A stretch of 64,000 nucleotides of DNA from Camelus ferus (lineage: Eukaryota), in assembly GCF_009834535.1 (NCBI RefSeq), contig NC_045697.1, positions 95,048,001-95,112,000 of the forward strand, read 5' to 3'. Of this stretch, positions 13,845 to 27,465 are shown one piece after another. The notes under the pieces were generated by a model. It had not been told where the DNA came from, made no database searches, and was given only the letters and a program-made list of their open reading frames with translations. The position numbers and the translations under genes were made by a program. Positions within the stretch are counted from its first letter, which is position 1; each line of letters opens with the position of its first letter.

Positions 13845-14870
13845 AATGATCTTAGGATATAAGAATCATTATTAATAAAATAAAAAATGATGAATTAGAC
13901 TTAAAAAAAATTTAGAACTCCTCAACAGACGACACTGTTAAGAAAATAAAAACACAAGACTCAGGGTGGGAAAAAGTACCCGTGTTTGTTATGTCTGGCA
14001 AGGCTTCAGCACCAATATATATAAAACTCCTACAAATGACTAATACAAATACAAATAATATGCAAAAAAAAAGTAGCCATTTCAGAAAAGCATAGAAATG
14101 CCCAATAAAGACATAAATGTGTTCAAAATTAGTAGTTAATGAGGAAATGCCAGTCATTTCTAAAACAGCTAAAATCAAAGAGACTGAAAATAGAAATATC
14201 AACAAGGATGCAGAACAACTGAAGCTCTTCTGTAGTGTAGGTGAAAGTGTAAGGTGGAAAACTATTTTGGTATGTATGTGTAGCATTTACCTGTAAAGTT
14301 ACCTACTGTATATAACCCAGCAATTCCACATCTAGATATCTATTAAGTAAAAACATATGTATCCCCCTTAAACATTTTGTCCAGTAGTAATATTTAGAGT
14401 GATTTTCTCATAATAGATAAAGACCAGAAACAATCCAAATGCCTATCAACAGGTTTATGAATAATCAATGGTGCTCAGCCATAAGAAGGAACAACCTATC
14501 AATACAAAGAAATGAATAAATTTCTGACAATTTTGTTGAGCAAATGAAATGACAAAATTATATATATATGAATGCATAATATTCAGAATATTAATAATGT
14601 ATGAATATACATTAATATATAATATACATGAAGTTTTTAGAACAAGCAAGGTGAAGATATAGTGATTTAATTCAGATTGGTGGTTGTCTGGAGTTAGTGA
14701 TGAATCAGTGCTGCATGAGAAGAACTTTCTGAGACGATAAAAGTGTTCTTCTCTATTTTGTTTTAGGTGGTAGTTAACTCAGTGTATGTTTGTTGAAAAT
14801 TAAATGGTAGACTTAAAGTATAGGCATTTTATTGCATGTCAATTATAATTAAAATTTATTTAGAATAAAA
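13845..14870 (+). mobile_element. L1ME-type 3' end (ORF2 C-terminus plus 3'UTR)
   Basis: 'aaggatgcagaacaactgaagctct', 'tataacccagcaattccaca', 'aaacaatccaaatgcctatcaacagg' and terminal 'gcattttattgcatgtcaattata'. Confidence 0.8.
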
Positions 14871-15128
14871 CAAAACTGTAAACCCAGGAGATTGAATATC
14901 AACAGGCTAAAGTAAAACAAAATAGTATAAATAAAATAGATTAAAATGCAGAAAGTCTAAGAGTATAAAATAAAAATTTAATATTTTATTATTAAATCTA
15001 CTAACATAAAAATTATTAAGTTTATTAAAATGACCTCTTATTTCTGTTTTGTTTATGTGAGGTTTCCTCTTAGAGTACATCCTTTTTCCAGAAAACTCCC
15101 TTCATATTTTTTCTCTCTGCCATTTCCA

Positions 15129-15186
15129 TATTGTATACATCTCTATAAAATGGATGTTATTGTATACATCTTTATAAAATGGAAGT
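15129..15186. repeat. 29-bp tandem duplication
   Basis: tattgtatacatctctataaaatggatgt / tattgtatacatctttataaaatggaagt, 27/29 identical. Confidence 0.92.
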
Positions 15187-16079
15187 TGTTACCAGAGGCT
15201 TTATAATCCAGCACTGTGATTTCAGGCAGGGCTACAAACTGAACCACTGAAACAGATGGTTGTCTGTCTTATTCTTACTGATATTCAGAGAAACACATTA
15301 TATAAATTCCCTTGGTAGTACACTTTTCTGTTTAAACAACTCTTAATGTTAATAAGCTGTTTCTTACAACTAACCTGAAACTCCCTTTCTCAAACATAAG
15401 TTTCAAATGCTTTTGTTTTATTCTCAGTAAAGCAAGAGAACAGGTGGCCAGTATCTTCCTTTGAAATACTATTCATACATTTGAAGACAGTTGCTAACAA
15501 GACCCCTTATTAGATCTTAAATTTAATCATCCCAATTCACATAATGGAAAAGATGGATGTTATCTCAAGTTCGTCTAGTCTAATACCTAACAGTTTAAGG
15601 CTTGGAAATGTATCCCGTGTGACGTTCAATTAATATAAATGTTTATGTCAGCAAATATGTTAATATTTGTAACTAATGCGTTTTTGATACTTAGGATTAT
15701 TTATTCCCATATTAATATCTTAGAGTAATTCAATGATGAAAGAAGTCTATTTAAATTTGCTTATCCAGATATTTTCAAATGTCCTCTTTTACTACTCTCC
15801 CTTTTACTGTGACTCACTAATTAATATTCACTAATACAGAACACTATACATATGACATTCTAATTTTTGTCACATTTCTTTAAAGATTAAGAAAACTAAA
15901 GTATCTCAAAGCAGTAACAATTACATAGCTCTTTAAATGTAAAATTTATATATATTTGGGAAATACACTGCTTTATAGACATATCTGTAGAATAATAATC
16001 TTAAGAATAACCAGAAACATTCAACAAATATGTAAAATAATGTTTCACATCTTCAGAAAACCACTGTGGCATAGAGGAC

Positions 16080-19000
16080 AAAATATCTGGAATACAATAA
16101 ACAAAATAACAAGGCATAAGGGAGGACAATATATTACCAAAAATCAATAGGCAAAATAGAAAGTACAAAGGTACAGAGATAAAGTTAATAGAATTATCAG
16201 ATTATGACTTCTAAATAAATGCAGTTAAATATTTCAGTAATGAAGTTACCAGATGGAAATTGGGGGTAAATAACAGAAACTGTTAAAATGAATCCAACAT
16301 AAATTACAAAATTGAAAAGAAAACCTGAAATTAATAGCATATTTGATGGACTTAAGAGCAGATTAAACCCACCTGAGAAAGAGAATTAGCAAACTGTATA
16401 AAAGAAAATATCTACCCTGGAGTAGGGAAGACAAAATGATGGGAAAGCCAGAATAACTAAGAAATACAAAATATTTATAAATTCTAATATTCATACAATT
16501 GGATCCCCCAAAGAAAAAGAGAGGGAGCATGTAGGCAGAAGTAAATTTGAAAAGAATAAGAAATTTTTATAACTGATGAAAGGTTTTAAGTCATTATTTC
16601 AAGACTCACTATAAAAGTTAGCAGTATGAAATCACCCCCCACCACTCTGCACACACGTGAACACAAACAAGTATAATGACACTAAGTCACATCATAGCAA
16701 ACTTTAAAACCCAAGAAATTGAAAATCTTAAAAGCAACCAGAGGGGGGAACAAAGACTTTATATTCAAAGGAGTAAAAATAAGAATAGTAGCTAATTTCT
16801 CAAAGGAAAAATGGAGGCTGGCATAAAATGGGATATAATGAATGTGCTTTAAGGTAATTATTGCTAAACAAGAATTGACATTGAGTCAAATGTAATTCAA
16901 AAATGAGGATGTTTCCAGACATAGTAAAACAATGAGAATTTATTCAACAATAGTTAAAACTCTTCTTCAGACAAAAGAAATTATTCCCTTTATGTTTATG
17001 ATGCAGAAAATTTCAACTAGGAAAGGTAAAATTATGTAAATGATAACTATGATGGCATATTTAATTGATTATGACTGTACACAAAAACATATATATGGAA
17101 AGGCTAAATTATATATGAAATGAAGACATAAAATGGCAACATATATTGAGAAGGAATAAATAAATATTAAGTGTTCTAATTGACTCATGCATTGTCTAGA
17201 AAGTAGAGAAGTAAATTTTTACATAATGTAACAAATGAAGGAAGCCTGTTGAAATTTCTAGGGTAAACATTTCTATAGTAGTACAATAATGTATAATTAA
17301 TAAGTTAATAGGAATGTAAAATAATTTAAAAATGAGTCTAAATAAAAGATTGAAAAAGTCATCTATCTAGTTTATTATTATGCATTAAATACATTATGTG
17401 TACATATTCATGAAGTATATGTAGATAAAGGCATAGATACAGAATACAACTATATAGAATAAATAATTCGATTGAAAGATAACAATAAGAGATTGGATAA
17501 AAACAACTCTACTGATTTCAAGAAACAATTATGTGGATACAGAAATTTTGAAGTGAAAAAAAATGGAATAAAAACACTAATGAAAAGAAAATTTGAATTC
17601 TGTATTGTTAATATATTAATTAAGCTCTAATGGAAATACATATTATAGCATAATGATAGAAATTATGAATGAAGCAAATAAGTAATTCCAAATTTGTCTG
17701 CATTTAATAATATAGGTTCAAACTATGAAAAGTAAAATCTAACAAATTTAAATGTAAAAAAAGTCAAAGATTGTGAAATGTTAACATCTTTCAGTAAATG
17801 ATAAAAAAGCACACAATAAAATTTAGTAATAATATGGAATTTATGACAAGCACAAATAAAAAAGAACTGAATTTTTTGCTTCTTATTTTTAAATCACAGA
17901 TAGTGTTTTCCATAATTAATCAATTGTTGGGCCATAAACCCATTCTCAAGTGTTTCAACCTATTTAAATTACTTATTGTATATTTTGGGGTATAGAATGC
18001 AAAAACAAAGAAAGCTAGAAAAATTCATCTTATTTTGAATTATATAAGCATTTCTAACTAACCTGTGAATCAAAAGAGAATAATAAAATTAATAAGAAAA
18101 TATTTTAACTGAATGATAATACAAAGCCACAGATTAAAAATTTTAAATTAGGCCAGTACTCTGCGTAGAAGGAATTTACAGTCTTAATTACACACATTAG
18201 AGAAAAGCTGAAAATCTGTCATGTAAGTATCTGTCCCAAAAGTTTAGGAAAAGAAACACATAGAAGCCCAAAACAAGTAAAAGAAAAAAAATGAGAGAAA
18301 TAAAAAAAAAAAACATAAATAAAAATAATAAGCAATATTAAAATCAGTATGACTAACAAATGAGAAAAATCATCATTCTTTCAATTGATGCAGAAAAATA
18401 ATGTAATGAAATTCTATATGTATTCATGAGTTAAAAAAAAAAAGCACTGCAAGAAAAAGTTGACTCATTAATTAAGTGTATCTCCAATTAACCTCAGCCA
18501 ACATCACATTAAATGAGTAAGTGTTGAAAGCCTACTATTACACTTCTGCTTAATATTCTGGAGATCTTAAGCAATGAAATAAGGCAAGAAAATATATTTG
18601 TATATGTTGCAAAGGATGAATAATCTCATTATTTACAAATGAGGTTATGTATATAGAATATTTTACTTACAGATTAAATGTTAAAATTAAGTGAATTTTT
18701 GAAGGTTGTAAGATACAAGGTCAGTATGTAAAGTGAAGTGCATTTTCATACATAAGAAGCAAAAGTAGAAAATATATTTTTCAATGATTCAGTATAAAAA
18801 GCATCAAGACATTAAGAACACAAGAATGCATTTAACAAAAGATGTATGAAAGACATGTTAGAGAAAAATACGAAGAAGTTTTGAGGAAAATTATAGAAAA
18901 TCTAAATAAATGATGAATCAATCAAGTCATTACATTAGAAGACTCACTACCATAAAGAATGCCAATTCTTCCAATACTACATATGTGTAAATGCAGTGCA

Positions 19001-19115
19001 GTCCTATTAGACATTCTTACAGGGATTTTCTGAAGACTGGTAAATTAATTTCATATTTGCAAGGAAAACAAAGGACCAAGACTAGTTAAAACTACTCAAG
19101 ATAATACTGAAGGAG
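16080..19115 (+). mobile_element. Old, decayed L1M body (ORF1, inter-ORF and ORF2 pieces)
   Basis: ORF1-like 'gatggacttaagagcagattaaac..gaaagagaattagcaaactg' and 'gaaaatcttaaaagcaaccagag'; ORF2-like 'tcaattgatgcagaaaa', 'gatacaaggtcagtat' and 'aaggaccaagactag'. Confidence 0.8.
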
Positions 19116-19314
19116 TCGAACAGGCGGTATGACCCTAACATACAAAGTTTTCCAAGCCAACAACTGGCTTCAAAAATTAATGTTTTAAAATTTTTATTTG
19201 AAATTGTGAATAATGTCATTTTATTTTTTTAGTTTATTTTATTACTATAAATATTGGACTTATTTTCATTTGTATGATGGATTTTTTTCTTGGATGAAAG
19301 CTTATTGAGCATTT

Positions 19315-19485
19315 AAATCAAATTAATATAATCAGTAAAGATGTTATTTTGATCATACAACTCTGAAGTTCAGAGGTACAACAGGCTTCAGGCTTGGCAG
19401 ACCCATGGTTGAACCATGTAATCAAAGACATAGGTTCTTTCCATCTCTGAGTTTTGTCATCAGTAGTGTTGACTTTATTACAGCT
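19315..19485 (-). mobile_element. MLT1J/K-type LTR fragment
   Basis: 'gaagttcagaggtacaacaggcttcagg..ggttctttccatctctgagttttgtcatc..gtgttgactttatt' matches antisense old MLT1. Confidence 0.6.
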
Positions 19486-20062
19486 ATCAGTTATGATCTT
19501 TTAAAATTTTCCAAGTTATATTATTTGTTTTTTCCTAATGGGGAGGTTTTTTTTTTTCTTAGACTGCTTAAAGTATTCCCTTTTTTTAAATATTACAAAA
19601 TATATTTCCATTTCCTAAATGATGAACAATTAGTTCTTTTAACTAATTTTCTGTAACAAAGTTGAAATGGATATTCAGTACATAAATAATTATTTCTCTA
19701 GGAAATATATCTAATTGTGTATACACACATGTTCATATATATAAAATGTGTGTGTATATATATATGTTTACATATAGAGTGTGTTTATATATATATTTGC
19801 TATATACGTCCAAATTGCTCTCTAAAAGTGAATATATAGTTTATACCCTTCCAGCAAACATTCCCATATCTTTGCCAGCACAGCGTCTGATATTATTAGG
19901 CTTTTTAAATTGTTGCCTGTCTAGTAGGTTGGGAATGCCAAATATTGGTTGTTTTGTGTTACATTTCTCTGATTCCTACTGAGTTTAATTTGACTTTATA
20001 GAAGCATAATGCTGTTTCAGATTTACTTTTCTGTGAGTTTCCTGTTCATTTTTACTGTCAAT

Positions 20063-20559
20063 TATATCAGTCAGGGTTCTAACAGAAAATGGATGGTATA
20101 CTTAAATGAGATAACTGAGGAGTTTAAGAAAGAAGCATTTTATAAAGATGAGGGTAGTGTTGCGGCAAATCAACATAAAGTGTTGAAGAACCCTTGGGCT
20201 AACAACATCAAGGAGCTGTTAATACTGGCTGATCTGATGTAGTAAATGATTTCTAGAACATGGAAAGAGTTGTAGTAGGAGATGTCTGCCTTACAGATGA
20301 TGTGCCTTTTACAGAGGAACGTAGTTAACAGAAGGTGTCCAAGCAGGCAGTGTAGACAGGAAAATAAATATTTTGCCCTCCTCTCCTCATTGCCTTCCAG
20401 TCTCTTGCTAATGGATCCCATTGGCCAAACCCAAATGTGGAGTTAGAGAGCAGAGGAACACCCTGATGCAGTCTACAAAATTCTTTGTCCTGGGATATGG
20501 AAAATGATAGAGAAAGATTAAAAAAAATGGATGAATGAAGCAATGATGAATATCCTGCA
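20063..20559 (-). mobile_element. LTR33-like ERVL solo LTR
   Basis: Starts 'tatatcagtcagggtt'; contains 'tgccttccagtctcttgctaatggatcccattggccaaaccca..gatgcagtc'; ends 'gaatatcctgca'. Confidence 0.7.
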
Positions 20560-20705
20560 ATCTCTCGTATTTGTTTGTTTTGGTCTTTATATTTTTTAAT
20601 TTTAAAAAGTAAATTGAGCATAGTAATTCTTTGTGTGATATGTCTTCTCTTATTCTGCATTTATATGTTCTTTTGGATGCTGTTAAAAACTAGTAACTCC
20701 AAAAA

Positions 20706-20819
20706 TGTAAGTTTTATGATACAGGAAATTTTGCATTAACTGCTACATTCTTAGCATTAGAAGAATTTCTGGAACATGGCAGTTGCTTAATATTTGCTGA
20801 ATGATTAAATAAGTGAATA
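20706..20819 (+). mobile_element. L2 3' end
   Basis: 'tgtaagttttatga..cttagcattagaaga..ctggaacatggcagttgcttaatatttgctgaatgattaaat'. Confidence 0.65.
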
Positions 20820-23800
20820 TTTTACTTCAAATTTTATTATTTCCTTAACCTTTCCCTATGGTGAGATCACTGAGATATTCTTCTATATTTTTATCTAGTA
20901 ATTAAAAATTTTATTTTTCTTATTTGTATGTTAATCCACTTCAATTCTTTTACTGTACATATGAGGTAAAGATCCAATTCTGTTTATATGTATGTGATAT
21001 ATGTGTATGCTTATATATATGTATATATATGTTCATATGTGATATTCAATATCCATGCACAATTTACTGATGTATAATGTCTTTTACACCACAAATATCA
21101 TATACGGCATATGGCAAATAACTAAGTGTACTTATGTGTCTATATCTGACCTATTCTCTGTCTCATTGGTTTATAATTTGTAATTTATACCTCTGTCAAA
21201 AATTATATTCTTAGTTTTATAATAATTTTCTATCCTTCAATAGATATGTTCTATTCCTATCTTCTTACAATTGCCTTGGTCTTCCATATGAATTTTGGGA
21301 TCACCTTTTCAAATTCTGTAATTATATCTCACTGATACATTGATGAGATTGGCACTGGTTTTATAGGTTGACTGCAAGAGAAAGTATGTTCTTAAAATTT
21401 TCATACTAGTTATAGACATTCTTTTTGTTCTTTAATAATGCTCTGCAATTTTCTATATTAAGGTCTTGCACAACTTGGGTTGTATTTACTCTTTCATACC
21501 TATAAAATCTTTTTCAATATTTAACATTGCAATTCACAAGCATCCCACATAACATCAGGAACAGGACAGAAATGTGCATTGTTATTCTTACTGGATGTCC
21601 TAGTCACCGAAATATGGTAGAAGCCAGATACTAAATTCCATATGAATTTGAAAAGACATTCAAAATTTGTGGTTGCTTCTAGGTAATGTAGTTATTTATA
21701 TAGAAACTTCAACATAATCTATGAACCACCAGAAATAGGATAAAAATTAATAAGATTACTGAATAAAAATATATAGCACAATATTAATGGTGCCCCTATA
21801 CACCAGTGATAACCAAGTATAAAAAAAATAAGGTATAAGAAACCATATACACTATTCTCTTTGTTTTCTATACTAGAGTGTGATATAGTACATTTAAGGG
21901 TGCATGTAACTTTATTCATTTTCTCCTGTGTTAAAGATTTTTCTTTTTGCATACTCAGTTATTTCTTAAGCTCTGGAAATATCTGATACCTATCTCTTTT
22001 TAATATTCTGTGTTTTTACTTAGAATCTCCTTTTTTATGTTGTCACTAACTCCTTTTCTTATGCTTATTCTCTCATTATTTTATGTTGCTGTTATTTTAT
22101 GAAAACAAAATTCAGGTCGTTTTCAATTTTCCATCATTATATTAATTCCACTTCCTATTGTTAAAATTCTCTTCTGGTTACCCCCCAGTGTACAGCTTTT
22201 AATTTTGGTATTACTTTTGGGGGGAGGAAAGTTCTTTGCAATCATTTTAACCCACACCTTGTTCCATTACATAAATACCGTTGGTCATTTTGAATGAGTC
22301 AAGTAGCATATTAGAACTAATTCCCTTAAATATCATTCTCTTGTTGGGTTTTTGATTTGTACCTTTAATCTCAGTTTTTCTATTCGTATCTTCTCCTATT
22401 CTTTTATTCCACAGAATAATGCCACACAATTATAAATCATATTCAATTTCCTACATAAAAAGGTTTACATAATATGTAAACCTATTTCATAGGCCTAGTT
22501 CTCTTCTCATTCTTCAGGGAAATCTTTTCAGTCTCTTATATCTTTGCTTTCACAATACTATTTTATGTGTGAGTGGTTTGTTTTCTCCTTTACTTATCAC
22601 AGAACAAGGAGCTTTCAACCTTGAGAGATTGTCTGTCCTCATCCAGGATGTCTCTTGTTGCCATGGGCCCGTTTGTTACCCACATTTGTGCTGGTGCAGT
22701 AATCTTTCAGATGTTCACATAAAAGCAGTCTGATAGGTTCATTTCTTTCCCAACATCTGGCAAGTATATAGTTTATGTTGATCTGCCAATGTGAGACAGA
22801 ATTTAATCTTAGCTCCACTGCCTGTCTTATTAAAAAGCACATCACATATAAACAAATAGAAAAACATAGAAAGTGTGTCTGCTTTATGTCATCCAGCTTG
22901 CTTAAACACTTCCAGTTTTTGAAAATCACAGTATATCTCACTTTGTAATAACCTTCATGACTCCTTATTGGATCTAGTTGGTTTATCCTAGGAATTTAAT
23001 TATTATATATTTAAAGTCCTGGGGACAAATAGTTTTCAGAGTTTGTAGTCTAGAGTTCCTAATCTTTCTGATTAAACTAATGGGTGGAGTCCAATGGTGG
23101 AGGTTGAGGTAATAAAGAGAAAGAGATGATGATTTCACCAATTCTTGTTGGGTAACTTTTTTTTAGTTTTCATTGGCATAGAATAGAAATTTTCTATTGC
23201 TTATTTTTCAGTCTAATTCTTTTAAATATTACAGTTAGTGAAACCATCTCCCAGATCTTGGGAATTGATTGTTTACTAGTTCTTTTCAAAGACACCTTAT
23301 AGAAATTTTATATTTTTCTTTGAATCATGTATTTCCTATTGAGATGTTGAGAAAGGTTATATCACAGCTGTCGGTTACATGCCATGCTAAATGTATAGTC
23401 CTGAGGTTGATTTTATACTGAAATGTTAACACCACTAAGAGTAAAATATTAAGCATAGGATTAATTCTCTGGGTGGATATTTAGAACCTCTCTCCCCTTC
23501 AGTTCTCTCCCTTGTATTTGATTTTCAGATCAGGCACTGGTTATCAACAGTTGTAGTGAATAACCAATCTGAGACTTACTTTGCATAGAGAGTGATAGAA
23601 ATAGATAAAGATTGACAGAAAGAAAAAGAGAAAGTGACAAAGATGAATAGTAAGAATAATTTACTTGGATATATAAACTATTCATTCTAAAATAATAAGT
23701 AGATAGAGGAAACAAAACTATCTTGCTCTACCTGGATCCATGTACTTAATCATTCTAAGTATATTATGGTGTAAGACTCTAACAATAGGCAGGCATTATT

Positions 23801-25481
23801 GTTATTATCAGTATTGTTATTTTAACATCAATAGCTGTAATATTTACAATATATCTGATTGTTGATTAGAAAAGATATTCTGTAATATTGGTCAGAATAA
23901 AACCAGCAAAATTTATTAATTTTTAAGGAAAATATTTCAGTATTTTATTTTATAACCCCAATTTCATAATAGACTATATATTAGATTCTTACAATCTGTT
24001 GAACACATAGATTTATGAAAATGTTGGCAATACTGTGATCATTTCTTTTACATGTAGAAAATGTTTTCTTGTTCTTAATCTCTAGATTATTTAATATGTT
24101 GAGGATATTTTATTTTTTATTTTTTAAACATGTAAATTCAGGGGGGATGCTAGAAATCTGATTTACATGGGTTTTCTAAGTGAGAATAAACAAAGATCAT
24201 TTATAGTTCAAAATCATGCAATAATCTTATATTCATATTTGAATAACTTTAAAATGAATATTTTAAAATATTCCACAATAAGAATAAATAAATAGAAGTT
24301 TATACGTTTCTAACTACTAAAAGCTGTCTTAAGTTGGACTAATTCTTAAATTACAATTAGTTTGAATGTTTTAATAAATCTATCATTAGATTATCATAGC
24401 TATCATAATGATTGAGTATGTAAATTAAACTTTTTCTTTTACTTAACAAATTTCTGCTCACAATCATCATGCGAAGACCCATATGTAAATACTGCCTTAG
24501 TGTTTATAATTCCTTTTAGAGATTTGTTCATCTCATCTTGGGCAATTTCAAAACATACATATACCCTGATAACACCCTAATTAACAATTTGGGAACATAA
24601 TACAAAAATATGAAATTAATAAGTAAGCATCTACGTTTCCTTTGCTTGTTGGCACTCTATATTATCACTATATATATGATTTTATGTTTTAGAAGTGTAA
24701 AAAACTGACACTGATTTAACAAAGTTTTAACATAGTCCAGTGAATTCTTTCATGCGCTTATACCAATAAAGTTGTAATATTCAAAAAATATGACAAGCAG
24801 CATTTATTTCCTCAATTCTGTGGATTAATTGTAACTTTGTGTAAAATAACTGAATTGTTTTCAGGGGAATATTTTTACCTTTGGTGGAAATTTTATTTAA
24901 TTACCAACAAAAGTATTGCTTATTAAAATTTTATAAGACAAAAGATTAATCTGCATTGGTTTTGAATCATAAATTTCAAATAATTGTCATCAAAAAACTG
25001 TTATGAAAAATTCATTCCCAGGTGTTTTTATGTACATGTTAATTTGCCCAGTTGAACAGCATCTCTGTTGTCATTTTATTATTACTTAAACATGTTTGTT
25101 TATTTATTTACTTACATTTTATACAATTTTAAAGGCTACTTTTCATTTACAGTTATTATAGAATATTGGCTATACTCCCTGTGTTGATCTTTGAGCTGAT
25201 CTTATACCCAGCAGTTTGTACCTCCCACTCCTGCTACCCCTAAATGCTCATTATCTCCCTCCCTACTGGTAATCAGTAGTTTGTTCTCTTTATCTGTGAG
25301 TCTGCTTTTTTGTTGTTGTTATATTCACTAGTTTGTTGTATATTTTAGATTCCGCATATAAGTGATACCATACAGTATTTGTCTTTCTCTGACTTATTTC
25401 ACTTAGCACAATGTGTTCCAAGTCCATCAATGTTGCTGCAAATGGCAAATTTTTGTTCTTTTTTATGGCCAAGTGGTGTTC

Positions 25482-25482
<1 letters not shown>

Positions 25483-25534
<52 letters not shown>
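25483..25534. repeat. (TG)26 microsatellite within L1
   Basis: Read directly from the sequence. Confidence 0.97.
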
Positions 25535-25541
<7 letters not shown>

Positions 25542-26385
25542 TTATCCATTCATGGGTTAATGAATACTTAACAATTGTAAATAATGCTACTTGTCATTTG
25601 TAAATAATGCTGCTATGGACATTGGTCTGTATACATCTTTTTGAATTAGTCTTTTTGGGTTTCTTTGGATATGTACCCAGGAGTAGAATTGCTGGGTCAT
25701 ATGGTAGCTCTGTTTTTTTCTTTCTTTCCTTTTTTTTTTTTTTTTTTTTTTTGAGAAACTCCCATAGTGTTTCACACAGTGCTGCACCAATTTACATTCC
25801 CACCAACAGTATACAAGGGTTCCCTTTTCTCCACATCCTTACTAACTTTTGTTATTTATGTTCTTTTTGATGATAGCCATGCTGATAGGTATGAGGTGAT
25901 ATCTCATTGTATTTTTGATTTGCATTTCCCTGATGACTAGAGATGTTGAGCATCTTTTCATGCACCTGTTGGCCATATGCATTTCCTCTTTGGAAAAATG
26001 TCTAGTCAGTTCTGCCAATTTTTTAATCAGTTTTTTTGTTTTTGTTTTTGTTTTGATGTTGAGTTTTATAAGCAATTTATATATTTTGGATATTAATCCC
26101 TTATTGGTGATATCATTTGCAAATATTTTCTCCAATTCAGTAGGTTGTCTTGTTTTGTCAGTGGTTTCCTTTGCTGTGCAAAAGTTTTTAAATTTAATTA
26201 GGTCCCATTTGCTTATTTTTGCTTTTATTTCCTTTGCTTTAGATGAGGGATCCAAAAAATATTGCTTTGATTTATGTCAAAGAGTATTCTGCATATGTTT
26301 TCCTCTTCAGAGTTTTATAGTATCAGGTCTTACTTTAGTCCTTTAATTCATTTCGAGTTTACTTTTTGTATACGGTGTTAGAGAT

Positions 26386-26483
26386 TGTTCTAATTTCATT
26401 CTTTACATGTAGCTGTCCTGTTTTCCCAGGACCATGTTCTAATTTCATTCTTTACATGTAGCTGTCCTGTTTTCCCAGGACTA
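26386..26483. repeat. 49-bp tandem duplication inside L1 ORF2
   Basis: tgttctaatttcattctttacatgtagctgtcctgttttcccaggac(c/t)a occurs twice, 48/49 identical. Confidence 0.95.
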
Positions 26484-26493
26484 CTTATTGAAG

Positions 26494-26770
26494 CAACAAC
26501 TCTCTGCAGTACAACCATCTATGAAAATGACTGAAACCTACCAGAAAAGATCTACAACTAAAGACATAAAGAAGACATCACAATTAAACAGGTAGGAGAG
26601 ACGGACTCATGATATAATTAAATCCCATACCCCCACGTGGTCAATCCATAAACTAGAGAATAACTGTATTGTCTCAGAGTATTTGGCTTTGAAGGCCAGC
26701 AGGGCTTAATTTCAGGAGCTCCTCAGGACTAGGAAGAATAAAGACTTCACTCTTAAATAGTACATGCAAT
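26494..26770 (+). mobile_element. L1 5'UTR fragment of cetartiodactyl type, opposite orientation to the adjacent L1
   Basis: 'acaaccatc..gactgaaacctacca..aaagacataaagaag..ggtaggag..aaatcccatacc..tttggctttgaaggccagcagggctt..caggactagg..agacttcactctt' matches my recollection of cetartiodactyl L1 5'UTRs. Confidence 0.75.
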
Positions 26771-27384
26771 GTTTATTTTTGCTCTTTTATTAAAAATTGA
26801 TGATATAATTTTGGAATACATTTTAATAGAAAGAGAATGGTGCCAATTTTAACAACATATTCACTGCTTATTTTGTATCAAGTAATATCAGAGATTTAGG
26901 GTCACTTTATTTTTAGCTATCATGAATCCGAAAATGAGTGGTGTCTTTTTGAGATGATATTGAAGACAGACTATTTTTCTTTTCTCTTTATATCTTCCTT
27001 TTTTATTACTTACATTTTTTTTGCCCCTATTTAAAGAGGAAATCAAATTGGGAATTAAAGCAATATCAGACTTTAACCAAAAGTGTTTCATATTCCACTC
27101 TGAACTAAAATGTCTTTAAAAACAATTTCAAAAGCAGCCCAGATTCTTGTAGCTTTTTTTTTACCACCTCTCTAGCTGACTGCAGCATAGACATTTTCCC
27201 TTTTTTTGTATGCTGCATATTATGAACTCATATAATATCCTAATAAAATTGTTTTACGTTCCATTCTTAAACATATTTTTATTAGGTTGTATGGATACAT
27301 TAGTTATGTCGAGAACAGAAAAGAAAAATCAATGGTTTTACTAGGTACATATGTGTATCTGAACACACAGATGTAGTCCAGATT

Positions 27385-27465
27385 AAGGCGAGAAAGACAG
27401 AGACAGAGAGAGGGAGGGAGAGAGGAGGAGGAGGAGGAGGAGGAGGGAGATTGAGAGAAAAAGAG
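27385..27465. repeat. GA-rich / (GGA)n simple repeat
   Basis: Read directly; explains the poly-Pro run in ORF 27300..27548. Confidence 0.9.

Larger units (their letters stand above)
19560..21520 (-). mobile_element. Old L1ME/MC ORF2 3' region, interrupted by an LTR33-like element and an L2 piece
   Basis: 'ccaaattgctctctaaaagtg', 'catttctctgatt', 'ttctgtgagtttcctgttcat' and 'cttccatatgaattttgggatcacctt' are antisense L1 motifs in collinear order. Confidence 0.65.
25100..26493 (-). mobile_element. Young 5'-truncated L1 (ORF2 C-terminus plus 3'UTR)
   Basis: ORF track peptides [31 protein letters not shown]..., [23 protein letters not shown] and LPFAATLMDLEHIVLSEISQ are L1 ORF2 C-terminal sequence, frameshifted. 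(ATTT)-like tail at left. Confidence 0.96.

Noticed and set aside
25842..26255. 137-aa ORF and similar ORFs at 25290-25472, 45013-45207 and 45612-45875
   Set aside because: Frameshifted fragments of L1 ORF2 C-terminus in truncated copies, not host genes.
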